DNA from: Thermodesulfobacteriota bacterium
GTDB lineage: Bacteria > Desulfobacterota > Binatia > Bin18
Reading direction: 5' to 3'
Length of the DNA: 64,000 nt
NCBI GenBank assembly: GCA_964291405.2
Contig: OZ219926.1
Span: 2,688,001-2,752,000 of the forward strand
Shown here: piece by piece, positions 9,893-19,331 of the stretch
Numbering within the stretch: position 1 is the first letter of the stretch
How the letters are laid out: each line of letters opens with the position of its first letter
Made by a program: the position numbers and the translations under genes
The notes under the pieces: model-generated
What the model was told of the DNA's origin: nothing
Database searches by the model: none
The model's input: only the letters and a program-made list of their open reading frames with translations

Positions 9893-10402
9893 ATGAAGGA
9901 TACAGCCTACAGGATTGTGAGTGAATCTCTGAAAGACGAGTTGCGGGCTATTGATTTTTACTTGCTTGCCGCAGATGCAGCGCCCACTCCAGCCGCTCGA
10001 CTTGCAGCTCGGCAGTTCGCCAGAGAAGAAGAACAACATCTTGACGACCTCATAGAGTGGATTGAGTGGGAAGACGATCCAGAACTCCACATGGTCCTAC
10101 AAAATATCCATCTCCTCCAGTACGATACGTCGCCCCAAACCGATGCCGTGCGGCACTGGGTAGAGCTATGTCACCAGCGGGAGGTCTCCGACCCTGTGCG
10201 GATGCTGTTTGAAATAGCGCTGGCAAAAGAGCAGGAGTCGCTCGGGCACTACCATGCCCTGGAGCGCCGAGTCACAGAGCCGCTGGCCCGTCGCGTGCTG
10301 CACGCAATCTGCCAGGCGGAAGAACAGCACCAGCGGTTCCTGGAAGAGCAGTATCATCGGCTGGTGGCTGAGCGCGAGGAGTCCACGCAGTCCTGGCACT
10401 AA
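9893..10402 (+). CDS. Ferritin-like/rubrerythrin-family diiron protein
   Basis: Duplicated E...FY...EExxH pattern (REEEQH, AEEQH). Confidence 0.75.
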   Translation: MKDTAYRIVSESLKDELRAIDFYLLAADAAPTPAARLAARQFAREEEQHLDDLIEWIEWEDDPELHMVLQNIHLLQYDTSPQTDAVRHWVELCHQREVSDPVRMLFEIALAKEQESLGHYHALERRVTEPLARRVLHAICQAEEQHQRFLEEQYHRLVAEREESTQSWH

Positions 10403-10500
10403 GGAGAACAGGGTCGCGTTTCCCTTCTCCGCATACGCGGATATCTGTGGCAAGATGCTGACTGAGAAGACGGGGCTGGTTGAAGCCTGCTGAGCAGCAT

Positions 10501-11529
10501 TCAGCGCGTCCGGAATTCTCTGAGCCGAGTCTGTGTGACAAGCTGCCCCAACGTTTGGAGCGTGAAGACTTTCCCCCGAGTCGCTAAGAGTAATTTCTTC
10601 ATATCTTCTCGCCTGACCCCAAAACCCCGTCCGGCGATACATGCGATAATCTCAAACCTGGGTTGTCCGTCCGGGCTTCTCTGTCTGCTGATAGTATCGA
10701 GGTGTTGTACCCGAGTGACTTTATCCCGAGCGGTTCCATCGTCTTCCGTCACTTTGGCTTCAATAACGACTTGCGGATTGTACTCGTCGGGAACAATGAA
10801 GTCTGGTGTTTGATCAAAGCCAGCTATCCTCTCCGCTCGTTTCGGTTGTCTAGAGTCTATCCCATACTGGTCCAAGACTTTTGCGATTGCGGATTCGAGA
10901 AGGTTGCCGACCAACTCAGAAACCGAGTCGCGATGTCCAGCAAACGGGCGGCCTAGAAAACGTTCGTACAGTAACATCGCATATGGAACCCCCAACCGGG
11001 ATAAACTCCGGATGGTTATTAAACCCTCTTGGGAATCAGCCTTCCGCAAGCGGTGAATCTTCTCCTCTTCCGTTTGGGGGGCGGGAATGCTGAGGAGTTC
11101 ACACGCAACGGTCACAAGGGCTTCAATACGAGGCGCAGTGGTCTTTGTCAGGCGGAGCGGTGAGAAGGGATTAGCGCGGATTTTTCGGTCAATACTCCTC
11201 GCAAAGTTCTGGGAAATCTCGACCCCCGTTCGCCGGGCTGCCACCTATGCCCACTCCGGCGGCGTAAAGCCGAGCATAGTCCGTAAAACGATGAGTGTTA
11301 AAGGGCTCTGATAGATGGTTGCCAAAACAGTTTCGCTTTGGAGATGGTCAAAACCATCGGTTGCTCTTTTGAGCATTTCGTACGCTCGCTCAAACTGTGG
11401 ATAGTCGAGGAAATCGTCCCCTTTGGGGAGAACGAGAAACTCCGACTCCAGGCTTGAAAAAACGGCATCGATATAGGGCTCTGGATTTGCTTCAATCTCA
11501 TCAAGAGAAGCCTCAAAAGGATACTTCAT
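10501..11529 (-). pseudogene. PD-(D/E)XK restriction-endonuclease-like gene interrupted by an in-frame TAG
   Basis: ORFs 11245-11529 and 10501-11244 share one frame and are separated only by TAG (11245-11247); PDFIVP...IEAK motif; start overlaps the methylase stop. Confidence 0.75.
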
Positions 11530-13783
11530 ATGGAGGACTCTCAGCTTCCTTCACGCGTACTGTTCGTTTCCCTGAAATAGGAGAGAGATTATCCGGGAGA
11601 TAGTGTTCAACCTGCTCTATCCCCCCGAGGTCTTGTACTGCCTGAGAGATGCGCTGTAGCTTCTCTTCGGTCTTTTTCTCTTTTTGCCATGTCTTGCGGA
11701 TATGCCAGATAGCGAGGCGAATCAGATGCCCATAGGCAATGCACCGAGCATCGCCACGAGTTGGCTTGTGGCCACCATTTGTGAGTTGTTCCAGGTCATC
11801 TTCGACTAAACCGGCAATCTCCTGAGGGGTTGAAACAAGAGTGCGCCGAGAGATACGTCCGGTTGAGCGACAGACAAAGACAGTATCAACGATTGAGGAC
11901 CCCGTTCCGCTGATATGAATCGAAGCGCCCATTTCAGCCGGGCAGGCTAAAGAGGCAGAACACACAAGGCCAGCGTCGAGCATCGCCACCGAAATCGGGT
12001 AGTACGCTTCAAGCGTATTGTGGTGGTAGGTAAACGCCAGTGGTGCCCCTGGTTTCAGGGCCGTAGCCATGCGAGACCAGACTGAAGAGAGTCCTTCGGT
12101 GAAATGGTCCAAGTCTCGTTCCATGGTGGCGTTCCCCGTCAATTCGTTCCTGTGTCGTGTTGTCTGACTATCAAAAATCTCACCGGCCACGAGACGGCGG
12201 AGCCAGACATAACAGAAGTCCATCAGCTCGGCGTATTGAACGTTGGCAAAATACGGGGGGTCCGTAAAAACCGCATCAAGGGATCGAGGAGGGAGGTCTA
12301 TCTGCGTTGAACTCGCACAGTGTAAAGCGACAGTCCGGCTCCTCTTACCTTCCCGTTCTCTTCCAATCCACTCGTCAGTAATAGGAATCTGTCTCTTTCG
12401 ACCGCTTTGACGAACAACCTCGAAAGGGTGCTCACAGTACTGCTTGGCCTTGAAAAATTTTTCAACAATATTGGACCAACCGCCACTGCCAATGTTGACT
12501 CTTGCTTTCTCTTTCATAAGACCGAGAAAATTGGATTCGCAAGAAATCAGTCCCACGGGAAAACCGTGAACCGAAAAGATATCAAGGGATTTGAGAGCAT
12601 AGGTATCGTAGCGACAGAGCATATTTTGATAGCGGAGTAAGTCTGAAAGGTTTGTCGATAATGCCTCTCTGAGGCGTTGATCCTTCTGCTGGGCAATCGC
12701 GCGGCAGGCGAGTTCAAGACTGAGTAGCTGCCTGTTATTAAACATTTCCCTGTAACGCGAGTATCCCCACCTATGGAGACGATCTGTTTCATCTCCCGCC
12801 GGTATGTGATTATCCGGGATATATTCTGTTTTACCGTTCAGTAGGACTGTTTCCGCCTCTCGATATCTAGCGAGGTCGGTGGCATCCGCTTTCTTAAAAA
12901 AGCGTCCCTGATGGCGGGGTCTACACTGCGAGCAGTGATACTCAATGGCGAACATGCGGTGCTGAGGCGGACCGTGAGGTTTGTGAGGATAGGTATTCAC
13001 AGTCCCACAGTCAGGGCAGGCACAGCGATTACGAGCGGCCGGTCCTTTCAGGCTCAACGGAGTCTGACACCAGGAGCAGATTCCCGGATCATTTCTCTCT
13101 TCCGTCTCGTTTAATTCGCCACACGAAGGACAGAGCAGGACATTTTTCGGATGCCTGCGATCCTCTGCTAAGAGGTAGCCGGGAAAGAGATCAAACTCGC
13201 GTTTACAGTTCTCGCACTGATGCGTCTTCACCCAGAGGAAATATTTAACGGCTGCGTCTCGCTTCCCACAAAAAGTGCACTCCGTTTTGTAAAAATCTCC
13301 TAGTTCATTCTCCAGCCGCTGTCCTATCTCAGAAGTAGCTTCTCGGTATTTGCACAGGTCTAGTTCCTCTATTTCCTGTTTGACAACCCAGTAGGCCATC
13401 GGGTTGATGTCGTAACCGAAGACGCTACACCCCAGCCGATTCGCCTCAAGAAGGGGGGTGCCTCCTCCCATAAAGGGGTCGGCGATCTGTCTCCCTGCAA
13501 GGTTGTGAGACTCATAAAAGGTCTCTTTGAGAGGGCCTTCTACAAATTCGGATAATAAAAGTGCGCGAAAGAGGGTGCCGGGCCGCCGTGCAAACCACTT
13601 ATGGACGGCGATAATCGGCCGGTAGTTTTGTTGGATCTGTTTCTCCCTCAACGCGAGGCCAGAAACGAAGGCGACATCAAACTGGCGCTCTATTCCTCGG
13701 CCGAGTGAATGAGCTTTCTGTGAGGGTCCTTCGGAGAATAAGTCCGCCTGTCCTTGAACTGCCACGGCTCGTTCCGTTTCCAA
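11513..13783 (-). CDS. Amino-DNA methyltransferase with zinc-ribbon insert (DUF1156-like)
   Basis: HKWFARR, ADPFMGGG (SAM motif I), TDPPY (motif IV), several CxxC pairs. Confidence 0.88.
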   Translation of the reverse strand: METERAVAVQGQADLFSEGPSQKAHSLGRGIERQFDVAFVSGLALREKQIQQNYRPIIAVHKWFARRPGTLFRALLLSEFVEGPLKETFYESHNLAGRQIADPFMGGGTPLLEANRLGCSVFGYDINPMAYWVVKQEIEELDLCKYREATSEIGQRLENELGDFYKTECTFCGKRDAAVKYFLWVKTHQCENCKREFDLFPGYLLAEDRRHPKNVLLCPSCGELNETEERNDPGICSWCQTPLSLKGPAARNRCACPDCGTVNTYPHKPHGPPQHRMFAIEYHCSQCRPRHQGRFFKKADATDLARYREAETVLLNGKTEYIPDNHIPAGDETDRLHRWGYSRYREMFNNRQLLSLELACRAIAQQKDQRLREALSTNLSDLLRYQNMLCRYDTYALKSLDIFSVHGFPVGLISCESNFLGLMKEKARVNIGSGGWSNIVEKFFKAKQYCEHPFEVVRQSGRKRQIPITDEWIGREREGKRSRTVALHCASSTQIDLPPRSLDAVFTDPPYFANVQYAELMDFCYVWLRRLVAGEIFDSQTTRHRNELTGNATMERDLDHFTEGLSSVWSRMATALKPGAPLAFTYHHNTLEAYYPISVAMLDAGLVCSASLACPAEMGASIHISGTGSSIVDTVFVCRSTGRISRRTLVSTPQEIAGLVEDDLEQLTNGGHKPTRGDARCIAYGHLIRLAIWHIRKTWQKEKKTEEKLQRISQAVQDLGGIEQVEHYLPDNLSPISGKRTVRVKEAESPPYEVSF

Positions 13784-13861
13784 TATGGGTTATCGTTCAA
13801 TAGAGACTATCATGATCGATACAGAATGGCGCTCCCACTCACCCCCACACTGTCCTCCAGG

Positions 13862-15268
13862 TTAAAACTCCATCTCTTTGACATCTTCTGCAATATGGAG
13901 GGGCGCGGCAGTCGCTGTTCGTACTGCGTCGGGGGTGACGCCTGGCACAAGTTCTTTTAGGACAAAGCCCCGAGAGGTCACTTGAATCAAGGCCAGGTTT
14001 GTCAACACCCACGAGACGCACTCACGGGCGGTGAGCGGATAGGTACACTTGGGGAGAAGCTTTGGCTCACCCGCCTTTGTGGTGTGATGCATTACAACAA
14101 TCAACCGGCGTGTTCCAGCAGCAAGGTCCATGGCCCCGCCAATTGAACCGGCCTTCATATGTGGGGCTTTCCAGTTTGCCAGGTCGCCGTTTGCTGCGAC
14201 CTGAAAGCCGCCGAGTATGACCGTGTTGATATGTCCCCCGCGGGCCATGGCAAACGCATCTGTACTATCAAAGAAACTGGCCCCCGGTTGCGGTGTCACC
14301 AACTGGGAACTGGCATTATACAGATCGATATCCTCTTCCCCGGCTGCGGCAAGCGGACCATAGCCCAGCACGCCGTTCTCGGCGTGGAGCGTCACGTCGT
14401 CGGCAATAAAATCCGAGACCAGGGTTGGCAGACCAATCCCGAGGTTCACATACTGACCAGGCTCTAAGAGGCGCGCGGCGCGCAGCGCCATGAGCTCTGG
14501 CGTCAGGCCGCTTGGAGACTCAGTGGTCTGCTCTGCCGTTTTGATCGTCCGGCCTTGGGTCCGCATGAGCTCCAAGACCTGAGCACGGTCGAGCGGTTTT
14601 TTACGTAGAACAAGCCGGTCGACAAATATGCCTGGGGTGACAATCGCCTCTGGATCAAGCTGCCCTGACTCGACAATTTCATCGACCTCGGCGATGGTGA
14701 CTGTCGCCGCAGAGGCGAACGGGGGGTTAAAATTGCGCGCCGTACCGCGGTAGAGCAGATTACCGGCCGTATCGGCTTTATACGCTCGAATGAGGGCAAA
14801 GTCGGCGTGGAGGGCGGTTTCCATGAGATACTCCCGGCCGTCAAAGGCCCGTTTCTCTTTCCCCTGCTCGACAACCGTGCCAACCCCGGTTGGAGTGAAA
14901 AACGCGGGAATCCCTGCTCCAGCAGCACGAATGCGCTCGACCAAGGTTCCCTGGGGCACGATTTCAAAGGCGACTTCGCCCCGTCCAATCTGCTCGGACA
15001 GCGGCGTTGTGCGGTAAGCATAGCCCCCAAAAGAGGAGATCAGTTTCGAGACTTGGCCGTTTTCGGCGAGAATTTGAGGAGACAGCGACCCAAATCCGGG
15101 AGAATTGCAGATAATGGTCAGGTCGCTCACACCACTGTCTCGGAGGGCAAAGAGCAATTCATGGGGCCACCCCTGGAGTACGCCAAATCCGCCTATCAGA
15201 ATACCCGCCCCGTCCTGAATATCGGCAATCGCTTCGACTGCGGAGTAACGAGCCTTTTGTACACTCAT
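13862..15268 (-). CDS. Fused 3-oxoacid CoA-transferase (A+B subunits)
   Basis: PQGTLVERIRAAGAGIP, VNLGIGLPT, AENG, GGAMDL. Confidence 0.92.
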   Translation of the reverse strand: MSVQKARYSAVEAIADIQDGAGILIGGFGVLQGWPHELLFALRDSGVSDLTIICNSPGFGSLSPQILAENGQVSKLISSFGGYAYRTTPLSEQIGRGEVAFEIVPQGTLVERIRAAGAGIPAFFTPTGVGTVVEQGKEKRAFDGREYLMETALHADFALIRAYKADTAGNLLYRGTARNFNPPFASAATVTIAEVDEIVESGQLDPEAIVTPGIFVDRLVLRKKPLDRAQVLELMRTQGRTIKTAEQTTESPSGLTPELMALRAARLLEPGQYVNLGIGLPTLVSDFIADDVTLHAENGVLGYGPLAAAGEEDIDLYNASSQLVTPQPGASFFDSTDAFAMARGGHINTVILGGFQVAANGDLANWKAPHMKAGSIGGAMDLAAGTRRLIVVMHHTTKAGEPKLLPKCTYPLTARECVSWVLTNLALIQVTSRGFVLKELVPGVTPDAVRTATAAPLHIAEDVKEMEF

Positions 15269-15409
15269 ATAACCCTCATACACGATGAAAAAGATTTGGG
15301 CTGACCGCTCGGTCAGGTTGATCTTCGTTCTCCTGACCCGTAATATGGCCCATCGGGCCGATACGCGCCGTCGGAGTGAGCGAATATAAGCGTGCAGGAA
15401 GGATAACCA

Positions 15410-15970
15410 GTGGCTGACCATCCAGTATGGCTCTCACAAGGCGCCCCTCAGGGGGAAACACAGCCGCTCGTGATATTTCACTATCCACTCGCTTTTACCC
15501 TTACCGGCCGAGAAGCTGGAGCCCCGTTGACGGTGACGGTAGAAACCCCGCTTGATGATATTCGTGCAGAAGACCTAGCCTACATGGAGAAGGTCCTGCA
15601 TTTTGTGACAGCGCAGCAACAGAACGGTAAAGTCCGACCGCGTGACTCTCAACCCTCCCCAGTAGGAACAATGCCAACCGGTCGGATATGCGACCTGTGT
15701 GAGATGGCCCACTATACGCAGTGGTATGCCGAGTTCTACGCTCCCCTCCGTTTCACCATCCTCGACTGCGATTCCTGTGAGGTGCCCATCGCGGTCCTTG
15801 GCGAGCACCGCGTCGATGTGCGTCCGGAAGAGGTTGCGTTTATGGAAAATGCCCTCAATATCGTGGCCGAACAAAAGTATATCGGGAAATTCCCGAAGTG
15901 GATGTTCGACCACAATATGCGGCAGATTCCGGATCATTATCATTTTCACGTCCGCCCCTTGCTATGGTGA
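15410..15970 (+). CDS. HIT-like putative zinc-binding protein with a degenerate N-terminal duplication
   Basis: CDLC, CDSC and C-terminal HYHFH motif. Confidence 0.6.
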   Translation: MADHPVWLSQGAPQGETQPLVIFHYPLAFTLTGREAGAPLTVTVETPLDDIRAEDLAYMEKVLHFVTAQQQNGKVRPRDSQPSPVGTMPTGRICDLCEMAHYTQWYAEFYAPLRFTILDCDSCEVPIAVLGEHRVDVRPEEVAFMENALNIVAEQKYIGKFPKWMFDHNMRQIPDHYHFHVRPLLW

Positions 15971-16024
15971 AAAGAGGAAACGTGCCCTCCAATCATTCAC
16001 AAAAGCTGGACATGTTTCCTCTTT
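15971..16024 (+). repeat. 54-bp palindromic element copy A (intergenic, abuts upstream stop codon)
   Basis: AAAGAGGAAACGTGCCC-TCCAATCATTCACAAAAGCT-GGACATGTTTCCTCTTT. Confidence 0.95.
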
Positions 16025-16050
16025 GCGGCGAGGAAAAGAAAGTGACGACT

Positions 16051-17076
16051 ATGCAGGCGATGTTATTGCTTGGCCCAGGGAAGATTGCCTGTCAGGAATT
16101 GCCCGTACCGGAACCGGGCCCCGAAGATGTCGTGCTGAAGGTTGAGTCTGCCTTGACCTGCGGAACGGACCTCAAGGCCTTTTTGCGTGGCCATCCCAAG
16201 ATGCCCCCGCCGATCCGTTTTGGCCATGAATACTCCGGAACGATTACCGCGTGCGGGTCGCAGGTCACAAATTTCCGTGAGGGCGACGACATCATGCTTG
16301 CGCCAACCGGCCCGTGCGGTCGCTGTTTTTATTGCCGGCGTGACCAGGAAAACCTGTGTACGTCACTTATGACGACCATGGCATTTGGCGGTTATGCGGA
16401 ATATGTCAGCCTTCCCGGTCGGATTGTCAGATCCAATATGTTCTCCAAACCAAAAAGCCTGCCTTTTGTCGAAGCCGCGCTGTTGGAGCCGGTGTCGTGT
16501 GTAGTCTTTGGATTACAGCAGGTGACGTTCACGCCCGACGACACGGTGGTGATTATTGGCGCGGGTGGCTTTGGACTGTTGCACCTCATCCTCTTAAAGA
16601 TGTTTGGTCTGGAGCGAGTCTATATGGTAGCGCGGAACCCGGACCGGGCCAGAGTTGCGGGCGAACTTGGTGCCTACCGCGTGATTGCCCGTCCGGCTGA
16701 GGAGGCCCGGGAGGAAGTCTTGGAGGCCACAGGGGGCCGGGGGGCAGACCTGGTCATTGAGTGTACGGCCCAGCCGAGCGTTTGGGAGGAATCTCTGTTC
16801 TTTGCCCGTCCCGGCGGCCAGGTCGTTCTCTTTGGCGGCTGCCCGCAGGGAACCAAGGTTTCTTTGGACGCGACTCGGCTGCACTACGATCAGATTCGTC
16901 TGTCGAGCCCCTTTCACTTTAACCCGGCCGCTGTGCGGAAAGCGTCCGAATTGCTCATATCCGGGCAGATTCCAACCGAGTACCTGATTAGTGGTCGCTA
17001 CCCCCTGATTGACCTCTGCCAGGCGTTTGATCGTATGCAGCGTGGCGAGGGGATCAAATACGAAGTCGTACCCTGA
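16051..17076 (+). CDS. Zinc-dependent alcohol dehydrogenase (MDR family)
   Basis: CGTD, GHE, CGRCFYC...C, GAGGFG; start at ATG 16051 or GTG 16042. Confidence 0.92.
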   Translation: MQAMLLLGPGKIACQELPVPEPGPEDVVLKVESALTCGTDLKAFLRGHPKMPPPIRFGHEYSGTITACGSQVTNFREGDDIMLAPTGPCGRCFYCRRDQENLCTSLMTTMAFGGYAEYVSLPGRIVRSNMFSKPKSLPFVEAALLEPVSCVVFGLQQVTFTPDDTVVIIGAGGFGLLHLILLKMFGLERVYMVARNPDRARVAGELGAYRVIARPAEEAREEVLEATGGRGADLVIECTAQPSVWEESLFFARPGGQVVLFGGCPQGTKVSLDATRLHYDQIRLSSPFHFNPAAVRKASELLISGQIPTEYLISGRYPLIDLCQAFDRMQRGEGIKYEVVP

Positions 17077-17091
17077 GGGTGAAAGGCTGCC

Positions 17092-18336
17092 ATGAAGATT
17101 GTTACCCCGAACGAAGCCGTACGAGCTATCCCCGACGGCAGCATTGCGATCTTCCCCCACAGCTGTGTCGAACCGACGACCTTCTATACGGCTTTCCAGC
17201 ACGAGGTCGAGCGCTTCAGCAACCTGACCGTGTATTCCGGGCTGGCGTTTGGAAAATATCCCTTTCTGGAAAAGGGATTGGGGACGAATTTTCGCTATGT
17301 GACCTGGCAGGCTGCGCCCCAGCTCCGGCGTTTGTTCAAAGAAAACGACCCGCGCAAGGTCGGCTTTGCCCCCATGCGGTTTAGCGAGATCACTCGTATC
17401 GTGAACAAGAACGGGATCATCAAGCCGGATGTCGTTGTGGCCCAAGTTTCGCCGCCCGACCAGGACGGAACGGTCAGTTTGGGGATTTCGGTCAGTATCT
17501 ATCAAGACTTTATCGATAGCGCGAAAATGGTGATCGCTGAGATGAATACCAATATGCCGGCAACGCACGGCCAGAGCCGGGTGCCGGTTGAGAAAATCGA
17601 TTTTGCCATAGAGTCTGCCGAACCCCTTGGAACCTATCGCTCGCCCCACCAAAGCGAGCGCGACGCCAAAATCGTTGACTATGTTCTCGACCTGGTTCCT
17701 GACCTGGCCTGGGTGCAACTCGGGATAGGTTCCGTCCCCGACGCGGTTCTGGGTCGATTGGCAGACAAACGAGGGGTAAACCTCTACTCGGGCATGTTGT
17801 CACAGGGGTTGATCCAGTTTCTTGATCAGGTGAAACACACCCCCAAGATTATCACCGGCGAGCTTGCCGGTGACCAGGAGTTCTTTGACTTTTGCGGTCG
17901 TAACTCGCTCGTAGAAATGGCGACCGTCGATGTCACCCACAATATTCTGGAGTTGGCAAAGCTGCCGCGTTTCGTCTCCATCAATTCCGCCGTAGAGATT
18001 GACCTGCACGGCCAGAGCAATGGCGAGACCATTGGGCCGGTGCAGATTAGCGGTGTCGGCGGCAGCCTCGACTATGTGGAAGCCGCGGCGCTGGCCGAGG
18101 ACGGTGTGTCCATCATTGCATTGCCGTCAACGACTGAAGACGGCAAGCGCTCCAAGATCGTCGCCGGCCTGGCCACCGGCGCCGTTGTCACCACGCCCCG
18201 CTTCTGTACCGACTATATCGTGACCGAATACGGCATTGCCCGCATGAAGGGCAAAGACCTCCGCGGGAGGGCCGAAGCCCTCATCCAAATCGCCCACCCG
18301 GATTTTCGGCCTGAATTGGAGAAGCGTTTGGACTAG
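17092..18336 (+). CDS. Acetyl-CoA hydrolase/4-hydroxybutyrate CoA-transferase family
   Basis: QLGIGSVP, SINSAVEIDLHGQ, SGVGG, VTEYGIA, IAHPDFR. Confidence 0.9.
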   Translation: MKIVTPNEAVRAIPDGSIAIFPHSCVEPTTFYTAFQHEVERFSNLTVYSGLAFGKYPFLEKGLGTNFRYVTWQAAPQLRRLFKENDPRKVGFAPMRFSEITRIVNKNGIIKPDVVVAQVSPPDQDGTVSLGISVSIYQDFIDSAKMVIAEMNTNMPATHGQSRVPVEKIDFAIESAEPLGTYRSPHQSERDAKIVDYVLDLVPDLAWVQLGIGSVPDAVLGRLADKRGVNLYSGMLSQGLIQFLDQVKHTPKIITGELAGDQEFFDFCGRNSLVEMATVDVTHNILELAKLPRFVSINSAVEIDLHGQSNGETIGPVQISGVGGSLDYVEAAALAEDGVSIIALPSTTEDGKRSKIVAGLATGAVVTTPRFCTDYIVTEYGIARMKGKDLRGRAEALIQIAHPDFRPELEKRLD

Positions 18337-18436
18337 GAAATGTTCTGTTTACCGGCGTGAGTTATGTGAATTGTAGGAGCGCACTATCAGCCCTCTAGGG
18401 AGAGGATGTCAGTCTGAATTGAGCACTCTGAACTTG

Positions 18437-18892
18437 CTATGAGAACTGACTTCGTGAGTCAGACTCAGATGTTTCCTTCTCTCGCAAAAGAAACATGCTT
18501 ACTATTGCGGCAAGTCCGGACACACCAAACAGTCCACTCAGCCATGGATATCCTTTCACAATTGCCAGACACGCAACTCCCATAATGACGAGAATCGAAG
18601 TGAGCGCGAACCATTGACCCCGCTTATACAGTTCCACTGTGCGGGTATCCATCTCATGTTCGTGTTCCAAGTCTTGTTGTTCGAGGCTCTGATCATGGGC
18701 GGTCTGGCGTTCCCAGAGACTTAACATCCGCTCAAATGATCCAGGAAGAACTGCCTCGTACTGAGCGATGTGCTCTGGGATTGGTAAGGGGCTGCTCCAG
18801 GTCTCAGCGTACGCTTCGTCATCCGGGGCAGGGGCAGGCTCTAGCTCACCAGCGACCGGCTGTGCCTCCATAGGAGGCTTTTCGTCAGCCAT
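18437..18892 (-). CDS. DUF2335-like membrane protein
   Basis: SPLP.PE....YE.VLPGSFER...E....H followed by two C-terminal TM helices. Confidence 0.75.
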   Translation of the reverse strand: MADEKPPMEAQPVAGELEPAPAPDDEAYAETWSSPLPIPEHIAQYEAVLPGSFERMLSLWERQTAHDQSLEQQDLEHEHEMDTRTVELYKRGQWFALTSILVIMGVACLAIVKGYPWLSGLFGVSGLAAIVSMFLLREKETSESDSRSQFS

Positions 18893-19331
18893 GTGACACG
18901 ACGGGGACGCTCCTGTTCGCTAATTGACGTAGCTTTCGGACGCGGACACGGAGCTTTTGGCGGAGTTCTGTGGTCCCGTTTTCTTAACGTACGCGATCCG
19001 GGGAGTGATCTGAAAGGTTTTTACTATAGTATCTACCGTAGAACGTGGGCGAGAGAGGCTTGTCATGGCATGTGGGCGGCAACGTTTCGCCACGGGTGCC
19101 ATAACGACGCCTTGTTCCTAACCCTGTCATGATCCTGCTGAGATTGGCCAGTTGGCAACGTGCGGATAGCCACACCCCTCCTATAATGCCACGGGCACAG
19201 AGGGTCAAGACAGGTCAAGAAAAGAAATTCAAAACGAGCCTTCCCCTCGCGCCTTTTTTCTCTCCGACCTGTTTGATACGCTCGGTCCTTCGCTGGCGCT
19301 ATATGCATCTTTTCTGCGTGAGGGGGCGATT

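Noticed and set aside
11245-11247. Pyrrolysine or recoded TAG in the nuclease gene
   Set aside because: TAG is used as a normal stop by many genes in this window (e.g. recA, cinA, etfA) and no pyl genes are seen.
15898-16050. N-terminal extension of the alcohol dehydrogenase containing the element
   Set aside because: It overlaps the upstream gene and ADH homology starts at about 16042-16051, so copy A is treated as intergenic.
16594-17718. Long antisense or alternate-frame ORFs (e.g. 16594-17718, 29208-30128, 35333-36175, 47480-48313)
   Set aside because: They are shadows of well-supported genes in a GC-rich genome and carry no recognisable motifs.
18893-19331. Possible small gene or ncRNA between the DUF2335-like gene and cinA
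   Set aside because: Several short ORFs but none with a convincing RBS or motif, and no clear structure recognised.
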